From NCBI GenBank assembly GCA_945915275.1, contig CAMEEZ010000001.1, positions 8,204-72,203 on the forward strand: a stretch of 64,000 bases of DNA, given 5' to 3'. Both the position numbers and the translations under genes were made by a program. Numbering within the stretch: the stretch's first letter is position 1; each line of letters starts with the position of its first letter. The stretch comes from an uncultured Mycoplasma sp. (GTDB taxonomy: Bacteria; Bacillota_I; Bacilli_A; RF39; UBA660). Below the pieces are notes generated by a model. That model saw only the letters and a list, made by a program, of their open reading frames with translations, did no database searches and had not been told where the DNA came from. This document shows positions 38,698 to 48,286 of this stretch, in pieces.

Positions 38698-39288
38698 GTG
38701 GCAAAAGAAGTCGTAAAAAGAATTAAATTAGAAATTGGCGCTGGAAAAGCAACACCAGCTCCACCAGTAGGAACTGTACTTGGACCTGCAGGAGTTAATC
38801 TACAAGAATTCTGTACAAAATTTAATGATGCAACTAGAGACAAGATGGGAGATATTATTCCATGTGAAATCTCTGTATATGATGATCGTTCTTTTGATTT
38901 TGTATTAAAGACTCCACCAGCTGGTTTCTTGATAAAAAAAGCTGCTAAAATCCAAAAAGGAAGTCCTAAAGGAGCTAATCAAATTGTTGCAACAATTTCA
39001 CAAGCTGATTTAAAGGCTATTGCTGAAACTAAATTGCCAGACTTAAATGCTTATGATGTTGAGGCTGCAATGAAGATTGTTGAAGGAACTGCTCGTAATA
39101 TGGGTGTGGCTGTTGAAGGATTAAATGATGTTGAATTAGCTGAACAAGCTAAAGAGGCTCAAAAAGAAGAAGCAGCTATGGCAAAACGTGATCAAGAACT
39201 TGCACAAATGGAAGAAGAAGCTAAAGAAATGGCTGAACATTCTGCTGAAGTACCAGTTATTGGTGACGAAGAAAATACAGAAGAATAA
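38698..39288 (+). CDS. rplK: 50S ribosomal protein L11 with a 55-aa acidic C-terminal extension
   Basis: GTG 38698 after SD AGGAGGTG. The L11 core is [26 protein letters not shown] ... [13 protein letters not shown] (about 141 aa). The ORF then continues in frame for 55 Glu/Ala/Lys-rich residues. Confidence 0.9.
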   Translation: MAKEVVKRIKLEIGAGKATPAPPVGTVLGPAGVNLQEFCTKFNDATRDKMGDIIPCEISVYDDRSFDFVLKTPPAGFLIKKAAKIQKGSPKGANQIVATISQADLKAIAETKLPDLNAYDVEAAMKIVEGTARNMGVAVEGLNDVELAEQAKEAQKEEAAMAKRDQELAQMEEEAKEMAEHSAEVPVIGDEENTEE

Positions 39289-39341
39289 TTATATTAAAAT
39301 TAAACAATAATCCGCTAATAAACCACAGTTAGGAGGAAAAT

Positions 39342-40040
39342 ATGAAAAAACATAGTAAGAAATATGTGGAAGCATCTAGTAAAGTTGAAAAGACTAGTCT
39401 TTACAATTTGAATGATGCAATCAATTTAGTAAAAGAAACAACAACTACTAAATTTGATAGTACTATTGAAGTTGCTATAAAACTTAATATTGATTCAAAG
39501 AAATCTGATCAACAATTAAGAGGCTCTCTTTTATTACCTCATGGTACTGGTAAAACTAAAAGAATTTTAGTTATTGCTAAGGGAGATGCTGCAAAAGAAG
39601 CAACTGAAGCTGGTGCTGATTATGTTGGAGACGTAGATATGATTACTAAAATCGAAAAAGAAAATTGGTTCGATTATGATGTTATTGTAGCTACTCCAGA
39701 TATGATGCCAATATTAGGTAAAATTGGTAAACTTTTAGGACCTAAAGGTTTAATGCCAAATCCTAAAACTGGAACTGTAACACCAAATGTTGGAAAAGCA
39801 ATTTCAGATATTAAAAAAGGTATGGTTGAATACAAAAATGATCAATATGGAAATATTCATACTGTAATTGGAAAGGCTTCTTTTGATAATTCTAAATTAG
39901 AAGAAAACTTACAATATGTTGTAGCAACTATAGTTAAAGCAAAACCAGCTACTGTAAAAGGAACTTTTATCCAAAATATTTCAATTTCTAGTACAATGGG
40001 TCCTGGAATTAAAGTTGATAAAAATTCTTTTGACATTTAA
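39342..40040 (+). CDS. rplA: 50S ribosomal protein L1
   Basis: 232 aa. L1 pattern: FDSTIEVAIKLNID...QQLRGSLLLPHGTGK. Confidence 0.95.
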   Translation: MKKHSKKYVEASSKVEKTSLYNLNDAINLVKETTTTKFDSTIEVAIKLNIDSKKSDQQLRGSLLLPHGTGKTKRILVIAKGDAAKEATEAGADYVGDVDMITKIEKENWFDYDVIVATPDMMPILGKIGKLLGPKGLMPNPKTGTVTPNVGKAISDIKKGMVEYKNDQYGNIHTVIGKASFDNSKLEENLQYVVATIVKAKPATVKGTFIQNISISSTMGPGIKVDKNSFDI

Positions 40041-40059
40041 TCAAAACTAAAATATAATA

Positions 40060-40175
40060 CTTGTTAGAAAAAGCGTTCACCGAAGACAGTAGGGACTTGA
40101 TAGTTTAATAATCCTACCGAGGGAAAACTTAAAACTTTGTTTTTTAAGCTTCCCTATTGTGGAAGCTTTTCTATA
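40060..40175 (+). promoter_or_regulatory. ribosomal protein L10 (rplJ) leader with an attenuator hairpin
   Basis: CCGAAGACAGTAGGGA...TCCTACCGAGGGAA forms a helix (GTAGG(G)A / TCCTAC). A terminator-like stem follows: AAGCTTCC (40146-40153) / GGAAGCTT (40161-40168), then Ts. GAGGGAA can alternatively pair with TTCCC. The position and layout fit the Firmicute L10 leader. Confidence 0.5.
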
Positions 40176-40192
40176 TAGTAAAGGAGGATAAA

Positions 40193-40684
40193 ATGGCAAG
40201 CGAGAAAATCATTAATATGAAAAAAGAAGTTGTAAGCGAGATTGTTGATAAAATAAAGAATAGTGAATCTGTTATTATTTTTCAATATCAAGGATTAACA
40301 GTTGCGGATGTTAGTGAGCTAAGAAAACTTCTTAAACCTGTTGAAGCTGAAGTAAAAGTATATAAAAATACTTTATTAAAAAGAGCTTTAGATGAAGTGA
40401 ATGTTGATTTAGCTGAATTTTTAGAAGGACCTAATGCAGTTTTATTCGGAAAGAATTTATTAGAACCAATTAAGGTTATTTCTGAATTTGCTAAAAAACA
40501 TGATAAATTAGATATTCGTGTTGGAATAATCAGTGGAGAAAAAGCTGAATTAGAAACAATAAAAGAATATGCCGAAATTCCATCAAGAGAAGGATTGTTA
40601 ACAATGTTAGCAGGTGGAATGATTCAATATGTAAGAGATTTAGCAATTGGTTTAAACCTTTATGCTGAGCAATTAGAAAAATAA
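40193..40684 (+). CDS. rplJ: 50S ribosomal protein L10
   Basis: Start moved to ATG 40193, after AAAGGAGGA. 163 aa. Followed by rplL. Confidence 0.92.
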   Translation: MASEKIINMKKEVVSEIVDKIKNSESVIIFQYQGLTVADVSELRKLLKPVEAEVKVYKNTLLKRALDEVNVDLAEFLEGPNAVLFGKNLLEPIKVISEFAKKHDKLDIRVGIISGEKAELETIKEYAEIPSREGLLTMLAGGMIQYVRDLAIGLNLYAEQLEK

Positions 40685-40701
40685 GAAAGGAATGAATATA
40701 A

Positions 40702-41067
40702 ATGGCAAAATTAAATAAAGAAAATTTTATAAGTGCTTTAAAAGAAATGACTATTCTTGAAGTAAAAGAATTAGTTGATGCAATGAAAGAAGAATTTGGT
40801 GTTGATCCAAGTGCTGTTGCAGTATCTGCTGCTCCAGCTGCTCAAGAAGAAGCAGGAGCAAGCAACAAGACAGTTGTATTGAAATCAGCTGGAGGAAACA
40901 AAATTGCTGTTATCAAAATAATTAAGGAAATCACTGGATTAGGTTTAGTTGAAGCTAAAGCTTTAGCTGATAATGGTGGAAACTTAAAAGAAAACGTTCC
41001 TGCTGAAGAAGCTGAACAATTAAAAGCACAATTAACTGAAGCTGGCGCTGAAGTTGAATTAGTTTAA
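40702..41067 (+). CDS. rplL: 50S ribosomal protein L7/L12
   Basis: 121 aa. Ala-rich hinge. C-terminal domain IAVIKIIKEITGLGLVEAKALAD. Confidence 0.96.
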   Translation: MAKLNKENFISALKEMTILEVKELVDAMKEEFGVDPSAVAVSAAPAAQEEAGASNKTVVLKSAGGNKIAVIKIIKEITGLGLVEAKALADNGGNLKENVPAEEAEQLKAQLTEAGAEVELV

Positions 41068-41076
41068 TTTAATTTT

Positions 41077-41101
41077 AAGAACACATTGTGTTCTTTTTTT
41101 T
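41077..41101 (+). terminator. intrinsic terminator after rplL
   Basis: AAGAACAC (41077-41084) / GTGTTCTT (41088-41095), then a T-run. Confidence 0.8.
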
Positions 41102-41204
41102 ATCAAAAATTTAAAATATATAATAAAGATAAGGTAACAATTATTGCTTTTTTTATAAAAAATAGATATACTATTAATATAATATTTTGATAAAGAGGGA
41201 TCAA

Positions 41205-41495
41205 ATGAAAAGGATTATTGAAAATGTTGTTAAAGTTTTAATAATATTATTAGTGATAGCATGGATTGTTATTATTTTTATTGATTTTTTTAGAACTAGA
41301 GCTGGGAAAGATCCTGTATATTGTATAAGTGAAGATGTTATCAAACATGAAGATGGAGAAACTTATAAGTGCGTTGGATTGGGTTATAAAATGTACAGAT
41401 ATAATAGAACTTGTAGTGGTGTACAGTTTGGTCCTTTCTTTATAAAAGAATTAACAAGTCAAGAAATATGTGAACTTAGTGGCAATTCTTTTTAA
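41205..41495 (+). CDS. small N-terminally anchored Cys-containing protein
   Basis: ATG 41205 after AAGAGGGA. One TM helix. Four Cys in the exported part. Confidence 0.45.
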   Translation: MKRIIENVVKVLIILLVIAWIVIIFIDFFRTRAGKDPVYCISEDVIKHEDGETYKCVGLGYKMYRYNRTCSGVQFGPFFIKELTSQEICELSGNSF

Positions 41496-41508
41496 TGGAG
41501 TGAACAAT

Positions 41509-41922
41509 ATGAAAAATAAAAATGGTTGGGGAATGACAGAAATGTTAATGCTATTAAGTATTTTAGCCTTTTTCTTTTTGGTTGCGATAATTTTAATTGT
41601 GAAGTTTTATTCAGCTGTAGATATAGATTTATCTAATACAAACGAAATTTCAGAAAAATCTTATTATGAATTAGAAAAAGAATTAGAGTATGCCGCCAAT
41701 AGATATTTAGATAATAAGTATGAAAATATAAGTGATTTAAATTCCATTACTATTACTATCGAAAAATTAAAAAATATGGGATACTTAGAGAATATTGATT
41801 TTAAAGGATGTAAAGGTTATGTTATATCCAGTATAATTAATGGTGATTTTATAAGCGATTCATATATTTCGTGTGATGGTTATAAAACAATTGGGTTTGA
41901 AAGTGGGATTGTTAATGAATAA
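41509..41922 (+). CDS. pilin-like protein with a degenerate prepilin (class III) signal
   Basis: MKNKNG|WGMTEMLMLLSILAFFFLV has Gly at -1 and Glu at +5, then a hydrophobic helix. The C-terminal Cys pair is C-KGY...SC-DGY. Confidence 0.5.
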   Translation: MKNKNGWGMTEMLMLLSILAFFFLVAIILIVKFYSAVDIDLSNTNEISEKSYYELEKELEYAANRYLDNKYENISDLNSITITIEKLKNMGYLENIDFKGCKGYVISSIINGDFISDSYISCDGYKTIGFESGIVNE

Positions 41923-42265
41923 ATTAAAGGTTTCTTGGATTATTTGGGGGATAATTGTTGTAGCTATTGTGGTTTTATTATTTTGTTTAGGAAATTTACT
42001 TTCTAAAAAAAACAAACCCTACAAAGAGAAAGAGAAAGAGTTAGTTGAAATTGCTAAAATGTATGTAGAAAGTAGTGCATGGTACCCTGAAAAAGGAAGA
42101 CATTTAAAAATTGATATTGAAGAACTAATTGAGAATAAAATTATTAATGAAGTTGTTGTTGAAGATGATACATGTAATGGTTATATTGATGTTACTAATA
42201 ATGGTGTTATTGAATATAAAACTTATTTAAAATGTTCTAATTATATAACTCATGGTTATGAATAA
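41915..42265 (+). CDS. small N-terminally anchored protein, paralogous C-terminal domain to 41509..41922
   Basis: ATG 41915 overlaps the upstream stop. It shares the pattern I.IE.L......C.GY......Y..C..Y with the preceding gene. Confidence 0.45.
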   Translation: MNKLKVSWIIWGIIVVAIVVLLFCLGNLLSKKNKPYKEKEKELVEIAKMYVESSAWYPEKGRHLKIDIEELIENKIINEVVVEDDTCNGYIDVTNNGVIEYKTYLKCSNYITHGYE

Positions 42266-42271
42266 AAATTG

Positions 42272-42300
42272 TTGACACGAATATAATAAAATGATATATT
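42272..42300 (+). promoter_or_regulatory. sigma-A type promoter of rpsL-rpsG-fusA-tuf
   Basis: TTGACA (42272-42277), 17 nt, TATATT (42295-42300). Confidence 0.6.
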
Positions 42301-42395
42301 ATTCATGATTTTAAATTTAGGTTCTGCTTCGGTAGAATCTAATTTAATAGAAGATGTGATACACCAGGATGTGTGTACATGAGAGGAGGAAAAAT

Positions 42396-42809
42396 ATGCC
42401 AACAATAAATCAATTGGTAAAGAACAAGAGAAAAGACAAGAAGAGAAAAAGTAAAAGTCCAGTATTAAATATTGGTTTTAACACATTAGAAAGAAAGCAA
42501 ACTAATACTACAAGTCCTCAAAAGAGAGGGGTTTGTACAAGAGTTGGAACAAAAACTCCAAAAAAACCAAACTCAGCATTACGTAAATATTGTAGAGTTA
42601 GATTATCTAATGGAAAAGAAATCGATGCTTATATACCAGGTGAAGGACACAATTTACAAGAGCATAGTGTTGTTTTAGTCCGTGGTGGACGTGTAAAAGA
42701 CTTAATCGGTGTTCGTTATCATGTAATTCGTGGAACATTAGATACTCAAGGCGTTAATAACAGATGCCAAGGTCGTAGTAAATATGGTACTAAAAGGCCA
42801 AAAAAATAG
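42396..42809 (+). CDS. rpsL: 30S ribosomal protein S12
   Basis: MPTINQLVK start after [21 protein letters not shown] motif. Confidence 0.96.
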   Translation: MPTINQLVKNKRKDKKRKSKSPVLNIGFNTLERKQTNTTSPQKRGVCTRVGTKTPKKPNSALRKYCRVRLSNGKEIDAYIPGEGHNLQEHSVVLVRGGRVKDLIGVRYHVIRGTLDTQGVNNRCQGRSKYGTKRPKK

Positions 42810-42824
42810 GAAAGGTGGATAAAA

Positions 42825-43292
42825 ATGCGTAAGAGAAGAGCAATAAAAAGAGATGTACTACCTGATCCAATTTACAATTCAAAGGTTGTTACTAAATTAA
42901 TTAACCAAATAATGCAAGATGGAAAAAAGGGTACTGCTCAAAAAATATTATATGAAGCATTCGAAATTGTTGAAAAAGAAACTGGTAAGCCAGCTTTAGA
43001 TGTTTACAATGAGGCTTTAGAAAATATTAAACCAGCATTAGAAGTTAAATCTCGTCGAGTTGGTGGTTCCAACTATCAAGTTCCAGTTGAAGTTGATAAT
43101 GAAAGAAGTCAAGCTTTAGCTCTAAGATGGTTAGTAAATTATGCTAAATTAAGAAATGGAAAGGGAATGGCCATCAATTTAGCAAATGAAATTATTGATG
43201 CTGCAAATGGATCTGGCGGAGCTTGTAAGAAACGTGAAGATACTCATAAAATGGCAGAAGCAAATAAAGCATTTGCTCATTACAGATGGTAG
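42825..43292 (+). CDS. rpsG: 30S ribosomal protein S7
   Basis: 155 aa. [14 protein letters not shown] ... the C-terminus ends in AFAHYRW. Confidence 0.96.
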   Translation: MRKRRAIKRDVLPDPIYNSKVVTKLINQIMQDGKKGTAQKILYEAFEIVEKETGKPALDVYNEALENIKPALEVKSRRVGGSNYQVPVEVDNERSQALALRWLVNYAKLRNGKGMAINLANEIIDAANGSGGACKKREDTHKMAEANKAFAHYRW

Positions 43293-43301
43293 GTTGTTAA
43301 T

Positions 43302-45374
43302 ATGGCAAGAGATGTGAGTTTAGATAAAATTCGTAATATTGGTATCATGGCACATATTGATGCTGGTAAAACAACAACAACAGAGAGAATCTTATTCCAT
43401 ACTGGAATTACTCATAAAATTGGAGAAACTCATGATGGTGAGTCTCAAATGGATTGGATGGAACAAGAAAAAGAACGTGGAATTACAATTACAAGTGCTG
43501 CAACTACAGCACATTGGAAAGGATATAGATTAAATATTATTGATACTCCTGGTCACGTAGATTTCACAATTGAAGTACAAAGAAGTTTAAGAGTATTAGA
43601 TGGAGCAGTTGCATTAATAGATGCACAAGCTGGCGTTGAACCTCAAACTGAAACAGTTTGGAGACAAGCTAATGAATATAAAGTTCCAAGAATGATTTGT
43701 GCTAATAAAATGGGTAAATTAGGAGCAGATTTTTATTATAGTTTAAAAACTATTGCTGATAGATTGGGAGCTAAAGCTGCACCAATTGAATTACCTATAG
43801 GTGCTGAGAATGAATTCTGTGGTGTCATTAACTTAGTTACTATGAAAGCCTATAAGTTTGATGGTACAGAAGCAGAAAATGCAATTGAAATTGAAATTCC
43901 TGAAGATATGAAAGATAAAGCTAGTGAATATAGAACTAAGCTTATAGAAGAAGTTGCTGACTTTGATGAAGAGTTAATGATGAAATATTTAGATGGTGAG
44001 GAAATAACTGAAGCTGATCTTAAGAAAGCAATTAGAACAGCTACATTGTCTGTAGAATTCTTCCCTGTTTTATGTGCAGATGCTCTAAGTAATCAAGGTA
44101 TCAAGCCATTATTGGATGCAATAATTGATTATTTACCATCACCACTTGATGTTGAAGCAATTGAATGTACGGATGAAAATGGAAATGATGTATTACGTCA
44201 TCCAAGTGATAAGGAACCATTTACAGCTTTAGCATTTAAAATTATGACAGATCCATATGTTGGTAGATTATCATTTTTTAGAGTTTATTCTGGAGTGTTA
44301 ACAAGTGGATCATATGTACTTAATTCAACAAAAGGTACTAAAGAAAGAATTGGACGTATTTTACAAATGCATGCTAACCAAAGAAAAGAAATTAGTGAGG
44401 TTTATGCAGGTGAAATTGCTGCAGCTGTAGGTTTAAAAAACACTACAACAGCAGATACATTGTGTGATGAAAAAAATCCATGTGTTATGAAAGGTATGGA
44501 ATTCCCAGATCCTGTTATTGATATTGCAATTGAACCAAAGAGTAAAAATGACCAAGATAAAATGGCATTAGCTATTCAAAAATTAGTTGAAGAAGATCCT
44601 ACATTAAGAGTTAAAACAGATCATGAAACTGGACAAACAGTTTTATCAGGAATGGGAGAACTTCACTTAGATGTTATAATTGACAGAATGAGAAGAGAAT
44701 TTAACGTTGAATGTAATAGTGGTAAACCACAAGTTGCTTACCGAGAAACTTTAACTCAAGCTGCTGAATGTGAAGGAAAATATATTAAGCAATCAGGTGG
44801 ACGTGGACAATATGGACATGTTTGGGTTAAGTTTGAACCAAATCCTGAAAAAGGATATGAATTTGTTGACCAAATTGTGGGAGGAGTTGTTCCTCGTGAA
44901 TATATACCTGTAACTGATAAGGGATTACAAGAAGCTATGGCTGGTGGTATCCTTGCTGGTTATCCAATGGTTGATGTTAAAGCTACATTATTTGATGGTT
45001 CTTATCATGATGTCGATTCATCAGAAATGGCATTTAAAATTGCTGCTTCAATGGCTTTAAAAGAAGCTAAAAATAAATGTAAACCTGTTCTTCTTGAACC
45101 AATAATGAAGGTTGATGTTGTTGTTCCTGAAGAATATATGGGTAATGTTATGGGAGATTTAACTAGTAGACGTGGTCGTCCACTAGGACAAGAAAGTCGT
45201 GGTAATGCATTACAAATTTCTGCAATGGTGCCATTAGCTGAAATGTTTGGTTATGCTACTACATTACGTTCAAACTCTCAAGGTCGTGGTACATTTACAA
45301 TGGTATTAGACCATTATGAAGAAGTGCCAAAATCAATCGCTGAAGAAATCATTAAGAAAAACAGCGCTAATTAA
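43302..45374 (+). CDS. fusA: elongation factor G
   Basis: [12 protein letters not shown] and DTPGHVDF. 690 aa. Confidence 0.98.
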   Translation: MARDVSLDKIRNIGIMAHIDAGKTTTTERILFHTGITHKIGETHDGESQMDWMEQEKERGITITSAATTAHWKGYRLNIIDTPGHVDFTIEVQRSLRVLDGAVALIDAQAGVEPQTETVWRQANEYKVPRMICANKMGKLGADFYYSLKTIADRLGAKAAPIELPIGAENEFCGVINLVTMKAYKFDGTEAENAIEIEIPEDMKDKASEYRTKLIEEVADFDEELMMKYLDGEEITEADLKKAIRTATLSVEFFPVLCADALSNQGIKPLLDAIIDYLPSPLDVEAIECTDENGNDVLRHPSDKEPFTALAFKIMTDPYVGRLSFFRVYSGVLTSGSYVLNSTKGTKERIGRILQMHANQRKEISEVYAGEIAAAVGLKNTTTADTLCDEKNPCVMKGMEFPDPVIDIAIEPKSKNDQDKMALAIQKLVEEDPTLRVKTDHETGQTVLSGMGELHLDVIIDRMRREFNVECNSGKPQVAYRETLTQAAECEGKYIKQSGGRGQYGHVWVKFEPNPEKGYEFVDQIVGGVVPREYIPVTDKGLQEAMAGGILAGYPMVDVKATLFDGSYHDVDSSEMAFKIAASMALKEAKNKCKPVLLEPIMKVDVVVPEEYMGNVMGDLTSRRGRPLGQESRGNALQISAMVPLAEMFGYATTLRSNSQGRGTFTMVLDHYEEVPKSIAEEIIKKNSAN

Positions 45375-45442
45375 AAATAATACTTGAAAATTATTCAAGC
45401 ATTAGATAAAATAAAAGAGATATAGGAAAGGAGAAAATAAAA

Positions 45443-46609
45443 ATGGCAAGAGAAAAATTTGATCGTTCTAAAGAACACGTTAATATAGGTACTATTGGAC
45501 ACGTTGACCATGGTAAAACTACATTAACAGCTGCTATTACAAAATATTTTGGAAAATTTGTTGATTATGCTGATATCGACAAAGCTCCAGAAGAAAGGGA
45601 AAGAGGTATTACAATAAATACTGCTCACGTTGAGTATGAAACTGAAAAACGTCATTATGCTCACGTTGATTGCCCAGGACATGCTGACTATGTAAAGAAT
45701 ATGATTACTGGTGCTGCTCAAATGGATGGTGCTATTCTTGTAGTTTCTGCTGCAGATGGTCCTATGCCTCAAACTAGAGAACATATTTTATTATCTAGAC
45801 AAGTAGGAGTACCAAAGATTGTAGTATTCATGAACAAATGTGACCAAGTTGATGATCCAGAATTATTAGACTTAGTTGAAATGGAAATTAGAGAATTATT
45901 AGGAGAATATAATTTTGACACTGAATGTCCAATCATTCGTGGTAGTGCATTAAAAGCTCTTGAAGGTGATGAAGCTAGCGCTCAAGCTATTCGTGATTTA
46001 ATGGCTGCAGTTGATGATTATATTGATGCTCCAGTTCGTGATAACGATAAACCATTCTTAATGAGTATTGAAGACGTTTTCACTATTTCAGGACGTGGAA
46101 CAGTTGTTACTGGTCGTGTTGAAAGAGGAGTATTAAATCTTAATGACGAAGTTGAAATTGTTGGATTAAGAGATACTAAGAAAACAGTTGTTACTGGAAT
46201 TGAAATGTTTAGAAAATCACTTGACTTTGCTCAAGCTGGTGATAATGCTGGTGCATTACTTCGTGGAGTTTCAAGAGATGAAGTTGAACGTGGACAAGTT
46301 TTAGCTAAACCTGGAAGTGTTACACCTCATAAGAAATTCAAAGCTAGTGTATACGTATTATCTAAAGAAGAAGGCGGACGTCATACTCCATTCTTCTCAA
46401 ATTATAGACCTCAATTCTATTTCAGAACTACTGATGTTACTGGTGTAATTGAATTACCACAAGGTACTGATATGGTTATGCCAGGTGATAACGTTGATAT
46501 GACTGTAGAATTAATTTCTAAAGTAGCACTTGAAAACGGAACTAAATTCTCTATTCGTGAGGGTGGACGTACTGTAGGTGCTGGTGTAGTATCTGAAATT
46601 ATTGAATAA
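45443..46609 (+). CDS. tuf: elongation factor Tu
   Basis: [27 protein letters not shown]. 388 aa. Confidence 0.98.
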   Translation: MAREKFDRSKEHVNIGTIGHVDHGKTTLTAAITKYFGKFVDYADIDKAPEERERGITINTAHVEYETEKRHYAHVDCPGHADYVKNMITGAAQMDGAILVVSAADGPMPQTREHILLSRQVGVPKIVVFMNKCDQVDDPELLDLVEMEIRELLGEYNFDTECPIIRGSALKALEGDEASAQAIRDLMAAVDDYIDAPVRDNDKPFLMSIEDVFTISGRGTVVTGRVERGVLNLNDEVEIVGLRDTKKTVVTGIEMFRKSLDFAQAGDNAGALLRGVSRDEVERGQVLAKPGSVTPHKKFKASVYVLSKEEGGRHTPFFSNYRPQFYFRTTDVTGVIELPQGTDMVMPGDNVDMTVELISKVALENGTKFSIREGGRTVGAGVVSEIIE

Positions 46610-46617
46610 TACTAATT

Positions 46618-46640
46618 AAGTCCTTTTATAGGACTTTTTT
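46618..46640 (+). terminator. intrinsic terminator after tuf
   Basis: AAGTCC (46618-46623) / GGACTT (46631-46636), then a T-run. Confidence 0.8.
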
Positions 46641-46689
46641 AATTGAAATTTAATTTTATATAATCTATAATTATTTTAGAGGTGAAATG

Positions 46690-46782
46690 ATGTCTGAAAG
46701 AAATGAGGCTGCTTGGTTAGCAAAAAAAGAAAGATTAAATACTTTAAATAAAATAATGAACGATTTAATAAAAAGTGTTTAG
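46690..46782 (+). CDS. candidate small ORF (30 aa, MSERNEAAWLAKKERLNTLNKIMNDLIKSV)
   Basis: Strong SD AGAGGTGA 5 nt upstream. It lies in an otherwise empty 260-nt gap after the tuf terminator. Predicted amphipathic helix. There is no other support. Confidence 0.25.
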   Translation: MSERNEAAWLAKKERLNTLNKIMNDLIKSV

Positions 46783-46870
46783 ATACTTATAAAATAATTC
46801 AACAGGCTTTAAATTCGATTATATTTTAGAAAATAAATCAAGATAATTATAATAGAAAGGAAGTATAATT

Positions 46871-47260
46871 ATGTATTATGTGGATTCAATTAATACTATT
46901 GGAACTGGTTTAAATACTTGGCCAATTGTGGCTTTGATATTATCAATTGTTGGAGGAGTTTTGATTTATATCTTCTTTTTAACTCCCAAAAAAGAAGATA
47001 AGTTATCACCATTTTTAAAATGGTTAAAGGACTTTTTAAATTTTGATAAAATGATGATAGAAACAATTTTAAAAGTAGTGTATTTAATATCTACTATATT
47101 TGTTATATTAACTTCATTTAGTTTTATTGCTTATGATTTTGGATTGTTTTTCTTGTGTTTAATCTTAGGTCCAATATTTATAAGATTAGTTTATGAATTG
47201 ATATTAATAATTATTTGTATTTGGAAAAATACGACTGCTATTAATAAAAAAATGAAATAG
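46871..47260 (+). CDS. small membrane protein (DUF4282-like)
   Basis: Three hydrophobic helices. LNFDKMMIETILKVVYLIS resembles DUF4282. The call is weak. Confidence 0.4.
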   Translation: MYYVDSINTIGTGLNTWPIVALILSIVGGVLIYIFFLTPKKEDKLSPFLKWLKDFLNFDKMMIETILKVVYLISTIFVILTSFSFIAYDFGLFFLCLILGPIFIRLVYELILIIICIWKNTTAINKKMK

Positions 47261-47300
47261 CCGTAAGGCTTTTTTATTTTATATATAAGGGTGACATATA

Positions 47301-48260
47301 ATGAAAAAGTTTTTAAAAACGTTTACTGTTATTCTAATTATCCTTGTAGGATTTTATTGCTTTTTGAACGAATATGGCGAAATAAACATATCAAAAGAAA
47401 AGCAAAAAGTTGAAGAACAGGAAAAATTAGAGTTGAAGAAAGAAAAAGATTTAGAAGCTAAATATAAAGCTTGTATGAATGATTCTATGGATAGTTCTTT
47501 ATTAAATGATGAGTTTAAAGATAAAGTAGTTGAGGTTGATAATTTTCTAAAAAACTATCATGCCTATGTTTCTTATTCGGAATTAGATGACAATTATTAT
47601 TATGGGTATAATGATGAAGTTGTGATATATGGAGCAAGTTTAATCAAATTGGTTGATGCATTATATATTTTAGATAATGGCATAGATATAAATTCAACTT
47701 TAAAATATTCTTCAAATTATTATAGTAAATATAATAAAGGACTTATAAAACATAATGTGGGAGATAATTTAACGATTGATACAATAATAAAGTATGCTTT
47801 ATCATTAAGTGATAATGGTGCACATAAAATGCTTGTTGATTATATTGGCTTTTCTAGTCTCAAGAATTATGGAAAATCTTTAGGAGCTACGGCCATATTA
47901 ACTGGTGGAGATAATTTCGGAATGCAGACAGCCAAAGATACTAATATTTATTTAAAAAGATTATATGATTTGACTAATGAAAATGAAAATGCAATTAAGT
48001 TTAAAGATTACATGATTAATGATTTTCATAGTTATTTAAATGTTGATAACTTAACTGTTGCTCACAAATATGGATATTATCAAGATAATTTTCATGATAT
48101 AGGTATTGTGTATGATGAACATCCTTATACTATTTCTGTTTTAACAAAATATGGAAATAATGATTATAAACTTAAAATTAATGAAATTAGTTTAAAGATA
48201 AAAGAACTTCATAATGAATTTTGGAAATTTAAAGAAATATATTGTCACAATTTAAAATAA
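47301..48260 (+). CDS. class A beta-lactamase-related serine hydrolase, N-terminally anchored
   Basis: SxxK motif (GASLIKL) and SDN motif (LSLSDNGAH). N-terminal TM/signal segment. Confidence 0.6.
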   Translation: MKKFLKTFTVILIILVGFYCFLNEYGEINISKEKQKVEEQEKLELKKEKDLEAKYKACMNDSMDSSLLNDEFKDKVVEVDNFLKNYHAYVSYSELDDNYYYGYNDEVVIYGASLIKLVDALYILDNGIDINSTLKYSSNYYSKYNKGLIKHNVGDNLTIDTIIKYALSLSDNGAHKMLVDYIGFSSLKNYGKSLGATAILTGGDNFGMQTAKDTNIYLKRLYDLTNENENAIKFKDYMINDFHSYLNVDNLTVAHKYGYYQDNFHDIGIVYDEHPYTISVLTKYGNNDYKLKINEISLKIKELHNEFWKFKEIYCHNLK

Positions 48261-48286
48261 AAACCACAATCTATATGTGGTTTTAA
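48258..48286. terminator. hairpin between convergent genes (bidirectional terminator candidate)
   Basis: AAAACCACA (48260-48268) / TGTGGTTTT (48276-48284). Confidence 0.5.
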
